In this document: positions 9,181-19,703 of the stretch, piece after piece
Layout: every line of letters begins with the position of its first letter
How positions within the stretch are numbered: the stretch's first letter is position 1
Source of the DNA: an uncultured virus (IMG/VR IMGVR_UViG_3300032268_000966)
Lineage: Duplodnaviria; Heunggongvirae; Uroviricota; Caudoviricetes
Reading direction: 5' to 3' (one strand)
IMG/VR virus record: IMGVR_UViG_3300032268_000966
Length of the DNA stretch: 64,000 bases
The notes under the pieces: model-generated
Databases searched by the model: none
Told to the model about the DNA's origin: nothing
What the model saw: only the letters and a program-made list of their open reading frames with translations
Translations under genes and position numbers: made by a program

Positions 9181-9933
9181 ATGAGCAACTTCGAAAAAAT
9201 TTTACATAGTTTTTCTATTAAAGAGACTTTAAATCCAAAAGTTTGGGAAAATTCGGAAGACCCTAAAAAGGCTATGATGATTCCTAAAGTTAGAAAGGCT
9301 CTTGAACGCATTGCTGTTGAATTTATTGATGACTTAGGCGAGGATGTTTTTGTTGAAGACGTTTATCTAATGGGGTCATTGGCAAATTTTAACTGGTCTG
9401 AATATTCCGACTTTGATTTACATGTTATTGTTAATTTTGAAAAATACGAAAATCAAGAAGATTTATATAAAGAACTTTTTGATTTAAAAAAGAAACTTTT
9501 TAACGACAAACACAATATTAAAATTTTTGGATATGATGTAGAAGTTTATGCTCAAGGAGTTTCGGATGAATCTCATAGTGATGGTGTTTATTCCGTAATG
9601 AATAATGAATGGGTTCACAAACCTAAAAGAACGAGTAAAGATTTAGATATGTCAGTGTTAAAAACCAAAATTAAAAGTTGGACAGATAAGATTGATGATG
9701 CGATTGAAGATGCAAAATCTGAAGGAAATGTTGAAGTATTAAAAAAATTAAAAGACAAACTAAAAGACTATAGACAGTCAGGGTTAGACAAAGATGGAGA
9801 ATTTTCTTATGAGAACTTGGTTTTCAAATATTTAAGAAGGTCTGGGCATATTGGTAAACTTTTTGACGAAAAGACTAAAATCAAGGATAAAGAGTTGTCC
9901 ATAGAAGGACAAATTCAAGAAATCCGTAAATAA
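9181..9933 (+). CDS. Pol-beta superfamily nucleotidyltransferase
   Basis: hGS-x9-DxD motif (LMGSLANFNWSEYSDFDLHV) and a third acidic strand (DVEVY). Confidence 0.8.
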   Translation: MSNFEKILHSFSIKETLNPKVWENSEDPKKAMMIPKVRKALERIAVEFIDDLGEDVFVEDVYLMGSLANFNWSEYSDFDLHVIVNFEKYENQEDLYKELFDLKKKLFNDKHNIKIFGYDVEVYAQGVSDESHSDGVYSVMNNEWVHKPKRTSKDLDMSVLKTKIKSWTDKIDDAIEDAKSEGNVEVLKKLKDKLKDYRQSGLDKDGEFSYENLVFKYLRRSGHIGKLFDEKTKIKDKELSIEGQIQEIRK

Positions 9934-9970
9934 TTAGTATTAGTCATATATTTATAAAGAAAAAAATTAG

Positions 9971-11353
9971 ATGGCATTAGTAACATATCTTATAGGTCCT
10001 TGTGCTGGCGGAGCTTCAATATTAGTTGATTTTGATAGTTCATCACTGCCTGCGGTTAATGGAAATTATTATTTAACATTTACTGGCGGGACAACTCAGG
10101 GATGTTATGACATTATTGATAATGCAGAACCATCGACTGGAATTGACAAAGTACTAACTATGTCAATAGATTATACTGATTGTGCTACTTGCCAAGCTAT
10201 TGTAACTCCAACACCAACAGTAACAACAACTCCAACCAAAACACCAACACCAACAGGAACTGCAAGTGTAACATCTACACCAACACCAACTAATACCACA
10301 ACTAATACTGCAACGCCAACTAATACTATAACTAATACTCCAACAAATACTTTAACACCAACTAATACTCCAACAAATACTTTAACACCAACTAATACTG
10401 TAACCAAAACTCAAACATCAACACCAACAGGAACTGCAAGTGTAACATCTACCCCAACACCAACTAATACATCAACTCCAACTAATACACCAACTATATC
10501 TGTTACACCAAGTAATACTCCTAATGTTTGTAAAACATATGAATTATACGGTGGAACTGATGGTACAACATTTGTTGGTAAAAACTGTGATGGATTTACA
10601 TTTACTATACCAGTTCAACCATACAATACAACAATTGTATGTGCTACAGAAGTATTTGTAGTTCAAGGAAACGGATATTATGTTTCAATAGGTTCGTGTC
10701 CATTACCAACACCTACGCCATCAGTAACTTCAAGTGTGACTCCGACAAATACATCAACACCAACTAATACTCCGACAAATACTACAACAAATACATCAAC
10801 GCCAACTAATACTGCGACCAAAACCGCTACACCAACTCCAACTAATACTGCAACACCAACAAATACTGCGACCAAAACCGCTACACCAACTCCAACTAAT
10901 ACTGCAACACCAACAAATACAACAACTAATACACCTTCAGTTACACCTACAAATACAACAACACCTACGGTTACACCTACAAATACAACAACACCTACGG
11001 TTACACCTACAAATACAACAACACCTACGGTTACACCAACTCAAACAGGTACAGCAGCAGCTACTCCAACTCAAACAGGTACACCAGCGGTTACACCAAC
11101 AAAAACATCTACTCCAACTCCAACAGGTACACCAGCTGTTACACCGACTCCATCACAAACACCAGGATTTACAGGATTTACTGCTGACCAACAATACGCT
11201 TACACTCTTGAGATTTTAGGAAGTTTCAGTGGTGGAAGTGCTGATTTTAGTGGAGCTTACGCACCTCACCCCGTATTTACAAATGAATTGGGTGAAGCAG
11301 TACAACAATTAAACGGAATCGCAATAGGTGGATTTAACGGATTAAATAATTAA
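9971..11353 (+). CDS. Thr/Pro-rich mucin-like protein with Cys-containing globular segments (probable virion protein)
   Basis: Two long TPT(N)T repeat tracts separated by a Cys-bounded domain; TATTTATA upstream (9949-9956). Confidence 0.75.
   Translation: MALVTYLIGPCAGGASILVDFDSSSLPAVNGNYYLTFTGGTTQGCYDIIDNAEPSTGIDKVLTMSIDYTDCATCQAIVTPTPTVTTTPTKTPTPTGTASVTSTPTPTNTTTNTATPTNTITNTPTNTLTPTNTPTNTLTPTNTVTKTQTSTPTGTASVTSTPTPTNTSTPTNTPTISVTPSNTPNVCKTYELYGGTDGTTFVGKNCDGFTFTIPVQPYNTTIVCATEVFVVQGNGYYVSIGSCPLPTPTPSVTSSVTPTNTSTPTNTPTNTTTNTSTPTNTATKTATPTPTNTATPTNTATKTATPTPTNTATPTNTTTNTPSVTPTNTTTPTVTPTNTTTPTVTPTNTTTPTVTPTQTGTAAATPTQTGTPAVTPTKTSTPTPTGTPAVTPTPSQTPGFTGFTADQQYAYTLEILGSFSGGSADFSGAYAPHPVFTNELGEAVQQLNGIAIGGFNGLNN
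10200..11165 (+). repeat. Coding tandem repeats encoding TPTNT/TPTPT
   Basis: For example a 54-nt duplication near 10803-10915 and 30-nt ACAAATACAACAACACCTACGGTTACACCT units near 10950-11040. Confidence 0.85.
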
Positions 11354-11371
11354 AAATAAATAAATCATAAT

Positions 11372-12592
11372 ATGGGAGATTTAAAACCAATTGGCAGTGA
11401 GAAACTTCAAGGTCAAGATAAAATAAAAAGAATAATGGAAATCGCTCGTTTTAACGAAACGACTCCATCGAGTATAAATGAAACTTCAAAATCAGAGTAT
11501 TCAAGAACTTTGTCTGATGGAAGTAACTACGAAATCGTAAAAGAAAGACAAGGTTACATCATTAAGAAAACTATTTCTGAATCTGAAACTGATTATATTG
11601 AGCCAATGAAAAATAGAAAATACTATTCTTCATATTCTCAGGCATTAAAAAGATTAAATTTAGTTGCAGGTGAGTTGAATAGACTTAACGAAAACGAAGA
11701 AGGTACTTCAATGTTTGGAGAACAAAAAAGATATACTTTAAAAACTCCTAAACCAGAACCTGTACCAGCACCAGCACCAATGGAAGCTGCGGTTCCACCT
11801 ATGGCACCTCCAGCAGTACCTTCACCTGAATTACCGCCATCACCAATTGGAGATGAGGGTATGGGTGTAGATTCATTAGATATTGATGCAGAAATGGGAC
11901 CTGAAGGTGACGTTGAAATGGATGCGGATGTAGACATGGAAATGGACGGAGGAGATGACGAACAAGTAACATTTAAAACAATCCAAAAACTAACAGGTAA
12001 ATTAACTCAAAAAATTAGAACTTTAGATACTGAAGAAGGAATGACTTCTGAAGATATAAAATATGTAATTAACATGGTTATTTCATCTTTAGATTTGAAA
12101 TCGTTAAGTGAAGAAGATAAAGATGATATCATGGATAAGTTTGATGAAGATTCTGAAGACATGGGTGGAGACGATATGGGAGGTGAAGATTTTACTGACG
12201 ATACTGAGGTTGAAGATATCCAAGCTGATATGGACATTCCTGTTGAAAGTGAAATGGAAGAAGACTTTGGAAATGGTGCAATTTTAGACCATATTTTTGG
12301 TGAGTCAAAAATTGATAAGGTAATCTCAAAGTATTTTGAAATTACTAAAAAAGAAATCATGGAAAGTAGAGAAAAAGTTGCTAAGAAAAAAGTGGCTAAA
12401 ATTTCTGAAGTTAGAAAACAAATGGGAGCGGTTGTTAAGTTAACTGAAACAATTGAACAAGAATTAGCATCTCAACAATTCTTAACTAAAAATTCTTCAG
12501 CTAAGATTATTGGAAAAACCAATAAGAAAAACTTGGTATTTGAAAACAAAGGCAAACAAGTTAGAATAACACCTGAAGGACAAATTTTGTAA
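11372..12592 (+). CDS. hypothetical acidic, Pro-rich protein (possible prohead core/internal protein)
   Basis: 406 aa, D/E-rich, in the head gene cluster. Confidence 0.6.
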   Translation: MGDLKPIGSEKLQGQDKIKRIMEIARFNETTPSSINETSKSEYSRTLSDGSNYEIVKERQGYIIKKTISESETDYIEPMKNRKYYSSYSQALKRLNLVAGELNRLNENEEGTSMFGEQKRYTLKTPKPEPVPAPAPMEAAVPPMAPPAVPSPELPPSPIGDEGMGVDSLDIDAEMGPEGDVEMDADVDMEMDGGDDEQVTFKTIQKLTGKLTQKIRTLDTEEGMTSEDIKYVINMVISSLDLKSLSEEDKDDIMDKFDEDSEDMGGDDMGGEDFTDDTEVEDIQADMDIPVESEMEEDFGNGAILDHIFGESKIDKVISKYFEITKKEIMESREKVAKKKVAKISEVRKQMGAVVKLTETIEQELASQQFLTKNSSAKIIGKTNKKNLVFENKGKQVRITPEGQIL

Positions 12593-12593
12593 T

Positions 12594-12989
12594 ATGAGTA
12601 ATTTGATATACGTAAATGGTTTAGGACCCAACTATAAGGGAGACAATCTTTACGAATTCATATTCTCTGAAAGTTTGGATGTGTGGGGGGAATCTTGGGA
12701 AAGTAAACCATCAAATGGTTATCCTAGTCCTCCTGAGTTACAATATATTAAAAAAGTGGGAGTTCTGAGAAATACTGATATAAAATTGGAATTGATTCAG
12801 AACTCCGATTTTTTTTGTATGATAGATGCGATTGACGATGTTGTCGCATTAGCCTGGGAACATGATGAAGAAAACGGACAGAAACGTATGGTTTTTAGAT
12901 TCGGAATGACAGAACAAGAAATAAAAGATAAACTCTATGAAAGAGATTTGATTTTAGAATTTGAAAAGAAAGTAGTATATGAAAATTAA
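12594..12989 (+). CDS. hypothetical protein
   Basis: 131-aa ORF, tightly coupled to its neighbours. Confidence 0.7.
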   Translation: MSNLIYVNGLGPNYKGDNLYEFIFSESLDVWGESWESKPSNGYPSPPELQYIKKVGVLRNTDIKLELIQNSDFFCMIDAIDDVVALAWEHDEENGQKRMVFRFGMTEQEIKDKLYERDLILEFEKKVVYEN

Positions 12990-13983
12990 TAAAAAAGCAT
13001 TAGAACTAATTGAAAAAGGATTATCATCAACAACTGTTAGTAAGTTAGATGAATCTCAAATTAATGTTCTACATAAGAGATTATTTTTAGGGGAACAAGT
13101 TGAAGAAATACCTACTAAAAAAAGTTATAAAGTTGGGCAAGACGGAGGAAATTTACCCGCGGCACCAAAAGGATATAATGTAAAGAAAACCGCAACAGGT
13201 GATGTTGTTGCAACTCCAAATGAATCTGAATTAGAGGAAGATGTTGAGGTAACTACCGACCCAAATAAAGAAACTGAGACTCAAGACCCACAACAAGTAG
13301 GACCATCATCAGATGACGGATTTGGTGATGAAAATGACGGTATGGGTATGTTTGAAAGTGAATCCGACCTTAAGCCAGGACAACCAAATCCATGGGCAAT
13401 ATGCCATGCACAAGTTGGTCCTAAAAGAACAAGAAAATTTGAAAGATGTGTACAATCTGTAAAAGACCAATTGAAAGAAGGAAAAAATCCTGTATCTTTG
13501 TTCATCGAAAATCAAATTATGAAAATAGTAGAAAAGAATTTACCACCAAGAATCACTAAAGGTGATTTAATTAGACATCTGTCCGAAGGTGAAAATTTTG
13601 CAACAAAACACTTGCAATCATTTGGTAAAAGTTCTAATACTGAAACTGCACCAGCAAAACCAAAAACATCACCAACAACAAAACCAGGAACACCTGATAA
13701 AAAACCAAGACCTGCGCATCCTGGTAAGAATCCAAACCCTGGTGAAAAAGAAGCTCCAAAGGCAAAAGCAAACAAAGAAGTAGCGGAACAAAATCCTGCA
13801 GTTGCACCAACAAAACCAAAAACAAGTCCAACAACAAAACCTGGTACAAAACCTCAAAGACCTGCACATCCTGGTAAGAATCCAAACCCTGGTGAAAAAG
13901 AGTCCCCAAAGGCAAAAAACCCTTCTCCTGAAGAAACAAAAGATAAAGTAATTGACGTAATATTAAACCTCCTACAAAAGTAA
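12979..13983 (+). CDS. hypothetical protein with a duplicated Lys/Pro-rich segment
   Basis: KPKTSPTTKPGT...RPAHPGKNPNPGEKExPKAK occurs twice. Confidence 0.7.
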   Translation: MKINKKALELIEKGLSSTTVSKLDESQINVLHKRLFLGEQVEEIPTKKSYKVGQDGGNLPAAPKGYNVKKTATGDVVATPNESELEEDVEVTTDPNKETETQDPQQVGPSSDDGFGDENDGMGMFESESDLKPGQPNPWAICHAQVGPKRTRKFERCVQSVKDQLKEGKNPVSLFIENQIMKIVEKNLPPRITKGDLIRHLSEGENFATKHLQSFGKSSNTETAPAKPKTSPTTKPGTPDKKPRPAHPGKNPNPGEKEAPKAKANKEVAEQNPAVAPTKPKTSPTTKPGTKPQRPAHPGKNPNPGEKESPKAKNPSPEETKDKVIDVILNLLQK

Positions 13984-13984
13984 A

Positions 13985-15325
13985 ATGGCAAAAAAGATTA
14001 AAGAACAAATAGATTACGGAAATACTCCCGAAAGAATGGACCCAAGTTTAGTAAAAAAATTAGGTAGTCCTGAAAGTTTGTATGCACAAAATCCCGCAAT
14101 GAAAAAGGGACCTGCTGATGTTCAAAGATTAGTCAGCCAAAGATTTCAAAAAGTTGCCGATAAATTAAGACAAGTAACGGGAATCCAAGATTTAAGTTCA
14201 AAACAAATTCAAGGGATGGTTTACAATGAAATGATGAGGAAAATTCCTAATATCATGAGAATTGAGGCATCACATAAAGATGAACTTATACAATTGGCTA
14301 TTGACGCTTGTTTAGATGAAGGTGAAGTACCTAAAGAATGGTATCAAATTGAAGCTCATTTAGGAGAACAACCAGATACATCAGATTTCAGATATCAGCC
14401 AGAAGAGCCTAAAGATGATGATGAAGAAGAAGAAAAAGAAAAATTAGAAATTCCATCTTTTAATGTTGAAGATTTAACAGATGAAGAAGAATTAGAATTA
14501 GAAAAACATAAAAGGAATATTATAAATGCCATCATTCAAGGGGCCGCAAAAAGAGGACATTACCTTTTTCAAAAACCAGAGGTTAAGGCAAGATTAGATG
14601 CAATTGACCCATCTTTATATAGAGATTATTTAGGTATCATGGCAATTAATGATTTCATGTATTTTACCATGGAACAAATGATTGAGATGATGAGTCAAAC
14701 AGGTCAAGGTGTTGCAGGTAAAGTATCATTAGACGACGCAGACGATGAAGGAGAAGAAGAAGGTGGAGAAGAAGGGGAAGGTGAAGAGCAACCTGATACA
14801 AAAATTGTTGCAGTAGGTTTAATTTTCCCAATTTTATGTCATGAAATTATTAAAGGATTAGAAGAGGCTAAAGGTAGATATGGTCATTCTAAAAATCCTG
14901 AAATTCGTCAAAAAGTTAGAGGTGCTGTTGATGTATTATCTAACGAACCAATGCAATTGAGAATAGGACCTGAAATTGTAGAAAAACTTAGAAACGCCCT
15001 ACCAGATTCAATATTTGATGAATCAAATAAGGGCCTAATAAACTGGTTTCATACGTTATTATACCAAATACCAGCACAAGAATTCTTAGAACTTATTGGA
15101 CTTGCCATATCAGAAGATGTATCAAAAGTGAAAAAAGCTACCGCAAAATTCGAGGAGATAATAAAAGAAGCGCAAAAATTAAAAAGTGACTTTGAAGATT
15201 ATCAAGAAGAAGAAGGGGTCGGTTCCGATTCAAATGATGATGATGACGATGATTTTGGTGGTGACGATGATGATGACAATTTAGACGACTTCTTTGCTAG
15301 CTTAGGAATATCGAGACCTAAATAA
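13985..15325 (+). CDS. hypothetical protein upstream of terminase
   Basis: 446 aa with acidic tracts; no family recognised. Confidence 0.7.
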   Translation: MAKKIKEQIDYGNTPERMDPSLVKKLGSPESLYAQNPAMKKGPADVQRLVSQRFQKVADKLRQVTGIQDLSSKQIQGMVYNEMMRKIPNIMRIEASHKDELIQLAIDACLDEGEVPKEWYQIEAHLGEQPDTSDFRYQPEEPKDDDEEEEKEKLEIPSFNVEDLTDEEELELEKHKRNIINAIIQGAAKRGHYLFQKPEVKARLDAIDPSLYRDYLGIMAINDFMYFTMEQMIEMMSQTGQGVAGKVSLDDADDEGEEEGGEEGEGEEQPDTKIVAVGLIFPILCHEIIKGLEEAKGRYGHSKNPEIRQKVRGAVDVLSNEPMQLRIGPEIVEKLRNALPDSIFDESNKGLINWFHTLLYQIPAQEFLELIGLAISEDVSKVKKATAKFEEIIKEAQKLKSDFEDYQEEEGVGSDSNDDDDDDFGGDDDDDNLDDFFASLGISRPK

Positions 15326-15333
15326 CTCATTTA

Positions 15334-17088
15334 GTGAATAGAGAACAATTAATTATTGAAGTAACGAAGTGTATGAGGAATACTCCTTATGCACTTCGTA
15401 CTTATTTACAGACCTACGATAACACCGTATCCAAATACGTTCCGTTAGATTTATTTCCAGACCAAATAAAATTAATCGAAGATTACGATAACTACAATGA
15501 AAACGTTGCCCTGAAATACAGACAGGCAGGAGTTTCAACAGTTACCGCTGCATGGGCATCAAAAAGATTAGTTTTTGCCAAAAAGAATAAACCTGAAAAA
15601 ATCCTAATCATTGCCAACAAATTAGATACGGCAGTGGAGATGGCAAATAAGGTTAGAGGGTTCACAGAACAGTGGCCTTCGTGGGTTGGAGTAACTTTCT
15701 CCAATGAAAAGAACGCACAAAGACATTTCAAATTAACTAATGGTTGTGAGATTAAAGCCGTTGCCACATCACGAGATGCGTTGAGAGGTTATACCCCTAC
15801 CATATTGATATTTGATGAGGCAGCTTATATTGAAGCCGACGGAGATTTTTGGGCTGCCTGTATGGCCTCACTATCTACGGGTGGTAAGGTTATTGTTGTA
15901 TCTACACCAAACGGATATGACCCAATCTATTATGAAATCTACGACCAATCTTTGAGAGGTATGAATGATTTCAAAATAACTGAAATGTTTTGGTACCGTG
16001 ACCCAAGATATACAAAAGACTTGTATATGGTTAAAACCAACGATTTAGTTCATTTCCTTTTAAATAGAGAAGAATACAATCTTGATGAAATCATTATTAA
16101 TTTGTCTATGGACAATCCATATGACAGAGACCACTCCATAGTTACAGACTACATTGAACAAGGATATAAACCATGTTCTTCTTGGTTTGAAGGTATGGTT
16201 AAGAAATTAAAATACGATAGACGTAAAGTAGCTCAGGAGTTGGAATGTAATTTCTTAGGTTCAGGTGACAACGTATTTGATTCTGATATGATGACAGATA
16301 TTTCTAAAAACCAAGTCAAAGAACCTCAGGCAAAAATGATGGGAGGAGGACTTTGGATTTTTAAAGAACCTGTTAATGGACATAAGTATGTTATGGGTGT
16401 CGACGTATCAAGAGGAGATTCTGAAGACTTTAGTTGTATTCAAATAATTGACTTTGATACAAGAGAACAAGTCCTTGAATATGTTGGTAAAGTCCCACCA
16501 GACATCACTGCAGAGATTGCATATAAGTGGGGTACAATGTATAACGCCTATTGTGTTATTGACTTAACAGGGGGTATGGGAGTTGCAACAGCAAGAAAAA
16601 TGCAAGAGATGGGATACCAATCAGGAATGTATGTTGATAATGTTGATACAACAAACAAATGGAAGTTTGACCCTAAATTGAATGAAAAAATACCTGGTAT
16701 TAATTTTAATAATAAAAGGGTTCAAATTATTGCGTCATTCGAAGAGTCTATGAGACATAAGTTTAGAATTTATTCAAGTAGGCTATACAATGAAATGAAT
16801 ACGTTTATTTATGTTAATGGTAGACCCGACCACCAAAAAGGGCATCATGATGACTGTATCATGAGTATCGCTATGGCAATTTACGTTGCAGAAAAATCAT
16901 TCCAATCTTTAGAAAAAGTTGTAAACCATACTAAAGCTATGTTAAACTCTTGGTCTACAGCTATTAGTGAGAATAAAAATACTTCAGAATATTTTAATCC
17001 TATGGTTCCTCAAATGGGAAGACAACACCCCATAAACCAAGGAGCCTCTCGTGCCGACTATGAAAAATACTCTTGGTTATTTCGTTAA
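15334..17088 (+). CDS. Terminase large subunit (T4 gp17-like)
   Basis: Walker A-like KYRQAGVST, Walker B ILIFDEAA, motif III VSTPNG, nuclease motifs GVDVSRG..DFS and HDDCIMS. Confidence 0.93.
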   Translation: MNREQLIIEVTKCMRNTPYALRTYLQTYDNTVSKYVPLDLFPDQIKLIEDYDNYNENVALKYRQAGVSTVTAAWASKRLVFAKKNKPEKILIIANKLDTAVEMANKVRGFTEQWPSWVGVTFSNEKNAQRHFKLTNGCEIKAVATSRDALRGYTPTILIFDEAAYIEADGDFWAACMASLSTGGKVIVVSTPNGYDPIYYEIYDQSLRGMNDFKITEMFWYRDPRYTKDLYMVKTNDLVHFLLNREEYNLDEIIINLSMDNPYDRDHSIVTDYIEQGYKPCSSWFEGMVKKLKYDRRKVAQELECNFLGSGDNVFDSDMMTDISKNQVKEPQAKMMGGGLWIFKEPVNGHKYVMGVDVSRGDSEDFSCIQIIDFDTREQVLEYVGKVPPDITAEIAYKWGTMYNAYCVIDLTGGMGVATARKMQEMGYQSGMYVDNVDTTNKWKFDPKLNEKIPGINFNNKRVQIIASFEESMRHKFRIYSSRLYNEMNTFIYVNGRPDHQKGHHDDCIMSIAMAIYVAEKSFQSLEKVVNHTKAMLNSWSTAISENKNTSEYFNPMVPQMGRQHPINQGASRADYEKYSWLFR

Positions 17089-17131
17089 CGATAAGTATTT
17101 ATATTATCAAGGTAACAAGTAAATTTACATT

Positions 17132-18982
17132 ATGGCAGAACAAAATATGACGGTTTGGCAACGACTGTCGCAAACATTTGGTCCGAATTCCTTACTACAA
17201 CAAGATTATCCAACTTTTAAGTTTGATAAGAAGGAATTATTACGTACCAAAAGCAGAGAGGAATACGAAAGAGAAAAATTACAAGCACAACAAACTTTTT
17301 ACCTAACAAATCAATGGGCTAAGGTTGAAAACAATCTTTATTCTCAAGCGATTTATTATGAACCAACAAGATTATCTTCTCAGTACGATTATGAATCGAT
17401 GGAATATACTCCAGAAATTTCAGCAGCCCTTGATATCTATGCTGAAGAATCTACAACAACAAACGAAGATGGATTCATTCTTCAGATTTATTCTGAATCA
17501 AAAAGAATAAAAGGTGTATTAGCCGACTTGTTCAACAACAATTTAGATATTAATACCAACTTACCTATGTGGACAAGAAACACTTGTAAGTATGGTGATA
17601 ACTTTGTTTACTTAAAATTAGACCCTGAGAAAGGTGTGGTTGGTGTACAACAGTTACCAACTATTGAAATTGAAAGACATGAGGTTGGGGTTACTGCAAA
17701 AATATCTGTGGATATTACACAAGAGTTGGACAAAGACAAAAAAGCCCTTCACTTTACTTGGAAGAATAAAAACATGGAATTCCAATCATGGGAAATTGCT
17801 CACTTTAGATTATTAGGTGACGATAGAAAACTTCCTTATGGTACTTCTATGTTAGAAAAAGCCAGAAGAATTTGGAAACAATTATTATTATCAGAAGATG
17901 CGATGTTGATTTATCGTACATCAAGAGCACCTGAAAGAAGAATGTTTAAAGTATTCGTAGGTAATATGAACGATGATGATGTTGAAGCATACGTAAACCG
18001 TGTTGCCAACAAATTCAAAAGAGAACAAATTGTTGACAAGAATACAGGTAACGTGGATATGAGATTCAATCAAATGGCGGTTGACCAAGATTATTTTATT
18101 CCTGTAAGAGACCCAGCGGCACCAGACCCAATTACAACATTACCAGGAGCAACTAACTTATCAGAGATTGCGGATATTGAATATATTCAAAAGAAATTAT
18201 TAACGGCACTTCGTGTTCCTAAAGCGTTTTTAGGGTTTGAAGAAGTTGTTGGTGATGGTAAGAACTTGGCATTACAAGACATTAGATTTGCTCGTACAAT
18301 CAACAGAATTCAAAAGAGTATGTTGGCCGAGTTAAATAAAATTGCGATTGTTCACTTATTCTTATTAGGATTTGAAGATGAACTTTCAAACTTTACTATA
18401 GGTCTTACAAATCCATCAACTCAGGCAGATTTATTAAAGATTGATGTTTGGAAAGAAAAAGTATTATTGTATAAAGATTTAGTATCTGACCCAGGAAATG
18501 GTATTCAAGCGACATCATCTACATGGGCTAAGAAGCATATCTTTGGTTGGTCTGACGAAGAAGTTCGTTTGGATTTACAACAACAAAGAGTTGAGAGAGC
18601 TGTTGGAGAAGAACTTAAAGCAACTCCTACAGTTATCACTAAAACAGGATTATTTGACAACATAGATAAATTATACGGAAGTGCGACAGGCTCAACACCT
18701 GCGGCAGGAGCGGCGACTACACCAGGAGGTACTGAAGAATTGGGAGCTCCACCATCGTTTAGTTCTCCATCTGAACCACCACCTGCAGAGGCTCCACCAG
18801 CTGGAGGAGAAGTTCCACCACCATCAGGTGAACCAGAATTAGCTCCCGAGTCTAAGAAAAAAGACATGAACATTTTAATTGAAAATAACTTAATTGAAGG
18901 GTCTAGAATGATTGATTTAGGTCAGGCACAAGATTCTTTAGGAGAAATTTCAAAAGAATTGGATAAGTTACTAAATTCATAG
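17132..18982 (+). CDS. Portal protein (T4 gp20-like)
   Basis: EDAMLIYRTSRAPERRMFKVFVGNM, DYFIP, TTLPGATNL..IADIEY..KKL..ALRVP. Confidence 0.95.
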   Translation: MAEQNMTVWQRLSQTFGPNSLLQQDYPTFKFDKKELLRTKSREEYEREKLQAQQTFYLTNQWAKVENNLYSQAIYYEPTRLSSQYDYESMEYTPEISAALDIYAEESTTTNEDGFILQIYSESKRIKGVLADLFNNNLDINTNLPMWTRNTCKYGDNFVYLKLDPEKGVVGVQQLPTIEIERHEVGVTAKISVDITQELDKDKKALHFTWKNKNMEFQSWEIAHFRLLGDDRKLPYGTSMLEKARRIWKQLLLSEDAMLIYRTSRAPERRMFKVFVGNMNDDDVEAYVNRVANKFKREQIVDKNTGNVDMRFNQMAVDQDYFIPVRDPAAPDPITTLPGATNLSEIADIEYIQKKLLTALRVPKAFLGFEEVVGDGKNLALQDIRFARTINRIQKSMLAELNKIAIVHLFLLGFEDELSNFTIGLTNPSTQADLLKIDVWKEKVLLYKDLVSDPGNGIQATSSTWAKKHIFGWSDEEVRLDLQQQRVERAVGEELKATPTVITKTGLFDNIDKLYGSATGSTPAAGAATTPGGTEELGAPPSFSSPSEPPPAEAPPAGGEVPPPSGEPELAPESKKKDMNILIENNLIEGSRMIDLGQAQDSLGEISKELDKLLNS

Positions 18983-19004
18983 TATTTATTTGAAAATAAG
19001 CAAA

Positions 19005-19703
19005 ATGACCTTCGGAACCATAAAATCCATAATTGAGAATAATCTACTAGAATCCTACAAGAACGAAAAGGAATTCAAGAAGACATTGAGAGAGTTCAAG
19101 CATAATGTATTGAACAATAAATCTATGTCAAAGGCATATACTTTATATGACCAATTGAGTACTCCTCAAGGGTTAAATAATGATGATGCTAAAGAATTTT
19201 TAGAAGAAGGTATATTATTGTTACAAAGAGTTTTGCCAAGTATAAAATTACCAAGAACAATATCTGAATCAGTTAAAAATGGTTATACTGATATTGATAC
19301 GTTAGTTTATACTCAAAAAGTGAGTTTATCGGAAAGAATTAAATCTAAGAAAAATATTGTTAAAATTCTTACATCAAAGCCTCAAAACGTTAAAGAATCT
19401 ATAAACATCCCTGTTAAATCAATGGTGAATATTGCAAATCAAACATTGAGAAATTATCTTGATACTTTAGATGAGAATTCTAAAAAAGAGTTTATTCAAA
19501 TTGTTTCTGAAGATACTAAAATTCTTGAACAAAAATTTGAAGTTATCCGTGAAAAAGCAATTAATAAATTGGAGACTATTATGGAGAATGAAAACGAATT
19601 GGAAATTAAATCAAGAATCTCTGAAACTATTACTAAATTAAAAGACGAAAAATTTGACCAAATGAATTTCTTAAGATTGAAAAATCTTGAAGAATCAATT
19701 TAA
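19005..19703 (+). CDS. hypothetical head-module protein
   Basis: ORF after portal; start moved to ATG 19005, downstream of TATTTATT (18983-18990). Confidence 0.7.
   Translation: MTFGTIKSIIENNLLESYKNEKEFKKTLREFKHNVLNNKSMSKAYTLYDQLSTPQGLNNDDAKEFLEEGILLLQRVLPSIKLPRTISESVKNGYTDIDTLVYTQKVSLSERIKSKKNIVKILTSKPQNVKESINIPVKSMVNIANQTLRNYLDTLDENSKKEFIQIVSEDTKILEQKFEVIREKAINKLETIMENENELEIKSRISETITKLKDEKFDQMNFLRLKNLEESI

Noticed and set aside
10171..10875. Val/Gly-rich minus-strand ORFs (also 63429-63677)
   Set aside because: Artefacts of the stop-free antisense frame of Thr/Pro repeats.
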